In this document: in pieces, positions 14,292-16,722 of the stretch
Layout: the number at the start of each line of letters is the position of its first letter
Numbering within the stretch: position 1 is the first letter of the stretch
Assembly (NCBI GenBank): GCA_028700905.1
Contig: JAQVRT010000009.1
Span: forward strand, 1-16,722
DNA from: Candidatus Iainarchaeum sp.
GTDB taxonomy: Archaea; Iainarchaeota; Iainarchaeia; Iainarchaeales; CSSED10-239
Reading direction: 5' to 3'
DNA length: 16,722 nucleotides
Program-made: the position numbers and the translations under genes
The notes under the pieces: model-generated
Told to the model about the DNA's origin: nothing
The model's database searches: none
The model's input: only the letters and a program-made list of their open reading frames with translations

Positions 14292-14315
14292 ACTTATATA
14301 TTATAATATATAAGT
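14292..14315. repeat. Perfect 24-bp palindrome ACTTATATATTATAATATATAAGT; function unknown
   Basis: I verified base by base that the sequence equals its own reverse complement. It lies in the 86-nt spacer between the stop of the membrane-protein gene (14320) and the start of the LAGLIDADG gene (14233), 59-82 nt upstream of the latter. Confidence 0.6.
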
Positions 14316-14319
14316 CTTT

Positions 14320-15153
14320 TTATATCTTTTTAGTTTTTTCTATATATGTTTCAACAAAAGATATACAAAATAATATTAAAGGAATCCATCCTATAAAAAC
14401 TAAAACTGGTATATTGTATAGCATATAGTGCATAAATGGAATGTTTACATACATCCATTCAAAGGAAAAAATATTTGCAACTTCATGTGTTATTACTAAA
14501 AATAAAGAACTAAGTAATAATGTGTATATTATGTGTTTTGATTTTATAAGTCTTAATAAAATAGGGGTTTTGTATTCAAGCAAAAGTGAATCTGAAAATA
14601 ACCATATTGATAAAAATGGAAAAATCATTGTGTAATTAGTACCTATTTTTCCAAATATCATATAATTGATTAAAGGTATTATTAAAAAAATAAATGCTAT
14701 TATTTGTAGTTTCTCTCTTAATTTATGATTTGGTTTATATTTATTATATTTTGTGTCATCTAAGTATTTTTCAAAGATTTTATAAGTTCCATAAACTAAA
14801 AGTATAAAACAAAAATTAATTATTGTATAAAGTACTATCCAATTAACTAAAGTATAATTATTCCATGACCAAATTTCAAATAATAAAACTCCGTAAAAAT
14901 AATCAACAACTATTGCTGAAATTAAAGAACCTATTATGAAAAAATAGGTTGCTTTTATTTTTGATTTTTTAAACAAAAGATCAATTACTGATTCTTTTCT
15001 AAGTTTGTAATTAATAAAATCAATAATGATTAAATATCCTATACAAAAGAAAACATAAAATCTAGGTATTTTTAAAACTGTTGACATGTATATGCTACCA
15101 AATAATATAATTAATCCAATTATTGCTAAAATATTGTGATTTTTCTTTTCCAT
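14320..15153 (-). CDS. Polytopic integral membrane protein (about 8 predicted TM helices), family not recognised
   Basis: I prefer the ATG at 15153 (MEKKNHNILAIIGLIILFGS...) over the track start at 15201, which adds 16 low-complexity residues. The protein has repeated hydrophobic 20-aa stretches separated by short K/Y/N-rich loops. A possible polar motif sits in a late helix (ITHEVANIFSFEWMY). Confidence 0.65.
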   Translation of the reverse strand: MEKKNHNILAIIGLIILFGSIYMSTVLKIPRFYVFFCIGYLIIIDFINYKLRKESVIDLLFKKSKIKATYFFIIGSLISAIVVDYFYGVLLFEIWSWNNYTLVNWIVLYTIINFCFILLVYGTYKIFEKYLDDTKYNKYKPNHKLREKLQIIAFIFLIIPLINYMIFGKIGTNYTMIFPFLSIWLFSDSLLLEYKTPILLRLIKSKHIIYTLLLSSLFLVITHEVANIFSFEWMYVNIPFMHYMLYNIPVLVFIGWIPLILFCISFVETYIEKTKKI

Positions 15154-15264
15154 ATTTAATATATTTTTAATTTGTTTAAGATATATATTAAATAGAAACA
15201 TTTATATTTATTTAACCTCATATATAATTGTTTAATTATTAAACCATAAGGAGAAAAGATAATT

Positions 15265-15633
15265 TTGAAAATAAACTTTCTAAAAGCAAAAATTCCATTT
15301 TCAGTGTATATTATTGTTTTTTTACTTATACTTATAGCTGGTGTTTTAAATGTTATTTTTAATAAACCTTCTTCTTTTATGGAAAACAAAGATTTAGCAA
15401 TAGATAAATGTATTCAAGAATGTCTTCATGCAAACACTAAAGGAATAATTTTAACAGAAGGACCTTGTCTTTCAGAAGAAATTGTTAAAGGTTGGGCTTG
15501 TGATGTGGTTAATCAACCAAAAATAAGTATTGTTGATAATAATCCTAAAAACCAATGTAAAAGTTATATTGAAAAAAATATCTCTCATCAAGTAGTAATT
15601 TCTACAAAATGTGAATTAGTTTCTGCAAAATAA
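15265..15633 (+). CDS. Small exported or membrane-anchored Cys-rich protein (122 aa, 6 Cys), function unknown
   Basis: A TTG start at 15265 is preceded by a strong Shine-Dalgarno AAGGAG at 15248-15253 with an 11-nt spacer. The N-terminal hydrophobic anchor is FSVYIIVFLLILIAGVLNVIF. The mature part has six Cys: DKC-IQEC, GPC, WAC, NQC and TKC. Confidence 0.55.
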   Translation: MKINFLKAKIPFSVYIIVFLLILIAGVLNVIFNKPSSFMENKDLAIDKCIQECLHANTKGIILTEGPCLSEEIVKGWACDVVNQPKISIVDNNPKNQCKSYIEKNISHQVVISTKCELVSAK

Positions 15634-16003
15634 TTTTATGTATTAATATTTTTTTAAAATCTTAATTTTTTGAAAAATTCATCTAAGTGTTTTTATAAGT
15701 TAAGTTGTATTAAAAAACCTTTTAAAACCGTTCAAACTAAAATTAAGTAATTTTAATTGTTTTTTACTCTAAATAAAGTTTAATTTAACCTTCTTTTTTT
15801 TAATTTTAAAAAATCACTTAGGAAAAAAACAATACCTTTAAAAGCTTTGCTCTTCTAAAGATTATATTACCCACTAGGAGTTTTTTCTTAGTGAGTTAGA
15901 CCGTTTAATACTTAACAAATTTTACGGAATGAAAGAAGTAGGAAATAATGCCTAATAATAACAAAAGCAAGTTTATTTGGTTAAAAAAAATGATTCTTAA
16001 ATT

Positions 16004-16722
16004 TTAGCTAAACCAATTAGTGGATAACTTGGCTTGTGTACTGATGAAGGACGTGGCAAGCTGCGATAAGCTTGGGGTAGGTGCATGCAACCTTTGATCC
16101 CAAGATTTCCGAATTATTCACTTTATGTAAATAAGGTGAAGGGGTAACCCAGGGAATTGAAGCATCTTAGTACCTGGAGGAAAAGAAAACAATAGTGATT
16201 CTGTAAATAGAGTTGATCGAAAGCAGAAGAGAACAAACCGAATCTCTTATAGTAATATAAGAGACATGTGGGGTATGGCTTGGTTACTTCTTATATATTT
16301 AAGTTGAAGCGATCTGGAAAGATCTACCATAGAGGGTGATAGTCCCGTAAGCAGAAGATATCTGAGAAGATTTCCGATGTCCTAGAGTATTGCGCGTTGG
16401 ATATCGCGTAAGAACGTAGCTGGCATTTACAGCTAATTCTAAATATAACACAAGACCGATAGTGAACGAGTACTGCGAAGGAATGTTGAAAAGATCCCTT
16501 GACGGGGAGTAAAAAGCACTTGAAACTAATTGGTGACAGCGCGGGTGTGGCTTGAAAGGAATGAGAGTAATTTATAAGTGATAAAAGGTAACTTTTAAAG
16601 CGCAAATTACTTGATCAGGGTCACACTGTCCGTCACGAAGCACGGGCGAGGGAGTTAGTTTGTGTGGCAAGACTAAGCGATTAAGTCGTTGTGTCGTAGG
16701 GAAACCGATGTGCCGCAAGATT
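16004..16722 (+). rRNA. rrl: 23S (large-subunit) rRNA, 5' ~720 nt (domain I), archaeal type; continues beyond the window end
   Basis: Conserved LSU blocks are GTGGATAACTTGGC (16020), GATGAAGGACGTGGCAAGCTGCGATAAGC (16043-16071), TTGATCCCAAGATTTCCGAAT, GGGGTAACCCAGGGAATTGAAGCATCTTAGTACCTGGAGGAAAAGAAA, GACCGATAGTGAACGAGTACTGCGAAGGAA and GGGGAGTAAAAAGCACTTGAAAC. The CAAGCTGCG form is archaeal, whereas bacteria have CTAATCTGCG. The 5' end (about 16004, give or take 15 nt) is estimated by comparison with the Haloarcula marismortui 5' end as I remember it. GC content is visibly higher than in the flanking DNA. Confidence 0.93.

Noticed and set aside
14441-14635. 64-aa plus-strand ORF
   Set aside because: It is antisense to the polytopic membrane-protein gene, short, and lacks any start context.
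15156-15389. 77-aa minus-strand ORF
   Set aside because: It overlaps the divergent promoter spacer and the 5' end of the better-supported, Shine-Dalgarno-preceded Cys-rich gene on the other strand. The sequence is low complexity.
16116-16140. A 25-nt hairpin (TTCACTTTA-TGTAA-ATAAGGTGAA) between TTTCCGAAT and GGGGTAACCC in the 23S, considered as an insertion or mini-intron
   Set aside because: Archaeal 23S rRNAs (for example Haloarcula marismortui, as I recall its sequence) have a native variable helix at exactly this position in domain I. This is just a short AT-rich version of it.
16324-16605. 93-aa minus-strand ORF
   Set aside because: It lies inside the 23S rRNA gene and is spurious.
1-16722. 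An alternative reading of the contig as a CPR (Patescibacteria) bacterium, prompted by the bacterial-looking MacB, MscS and RSH genes
   Set aside because: The 23S 5' domain carries the archaeal CAAGCTGCG block. LeuRS has the archaeal/eukaryal TLRPET editing motif and ~950-aa length. Oligo-T terminators and TATA-like leaderless starts also fit archaea. A chimeric assembly cannot be formally excluded from sequence alone.

Overview
This is a very AT-rich, densely coding window. I read it as archaeal, probably a small-genome DPANN-like lineage. That rests on three observations: the 5' end of a 23S rRNA carrying the archaeal-type GAAGGACGTGGCAAGCTGCGATAAGC block, an archaeal/eukaryal-type ~950-aa leucyl-tRNA synthetase, and a Bud23-like methyltransferase. 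The lineage call itself is inference.

Gene order:
- Partial MacB/FtsX-like ABC permease (-) and its ABC ATPase (-).
- MscS-family channel (+).
- Bud23-like SAM methyltransferase (+).
- An 858-aa N-anchored surface protein built from about ten 55-aa (165-bp) tandem repeats (+).
- A 260-aa paralogue sharing its N-terminal Cys-pair module (+).
- A second class I methyltransferase with a Lys-rich N-terminus (+).
- leuS (+).
- A RelA/SpoT-homologue with a degenerate HD domain, an intact-looking synthetase domain and a TGS domain (+).
- A YchF/Obg-like GTPase with a TGS-like C-terminus (-).
- A free-standing double-motif LAGLIDADG protein flanked by HTH-like segments (-).
- A polytopic membrane protein (-).
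- A small Cys-rich exported protein (+).
- About 370 nt of non-coding leader, then the first ~720 nt of a 23S rRNA gene with no 16S or tRNA upstream.

The most interesting items are:
1. The paralogous repeat-stalk surface protein pair, including near-identical neighbouring 165-bp units.
2. A truncated, hydrolase-dead long-RSH-like protein in an archaeal context.
3. The HTH-LAGLIDADG-HTH gene sitting 4 nt upstream of an essential-type GTPase gene and about 2 kb from the 23S gene.

I saw no CRISPR array, tRNA, transposase or recognisable defence system. All calls come from reading translated motifs by eye. No database search was run, so family assignments need profile-search confirmation.
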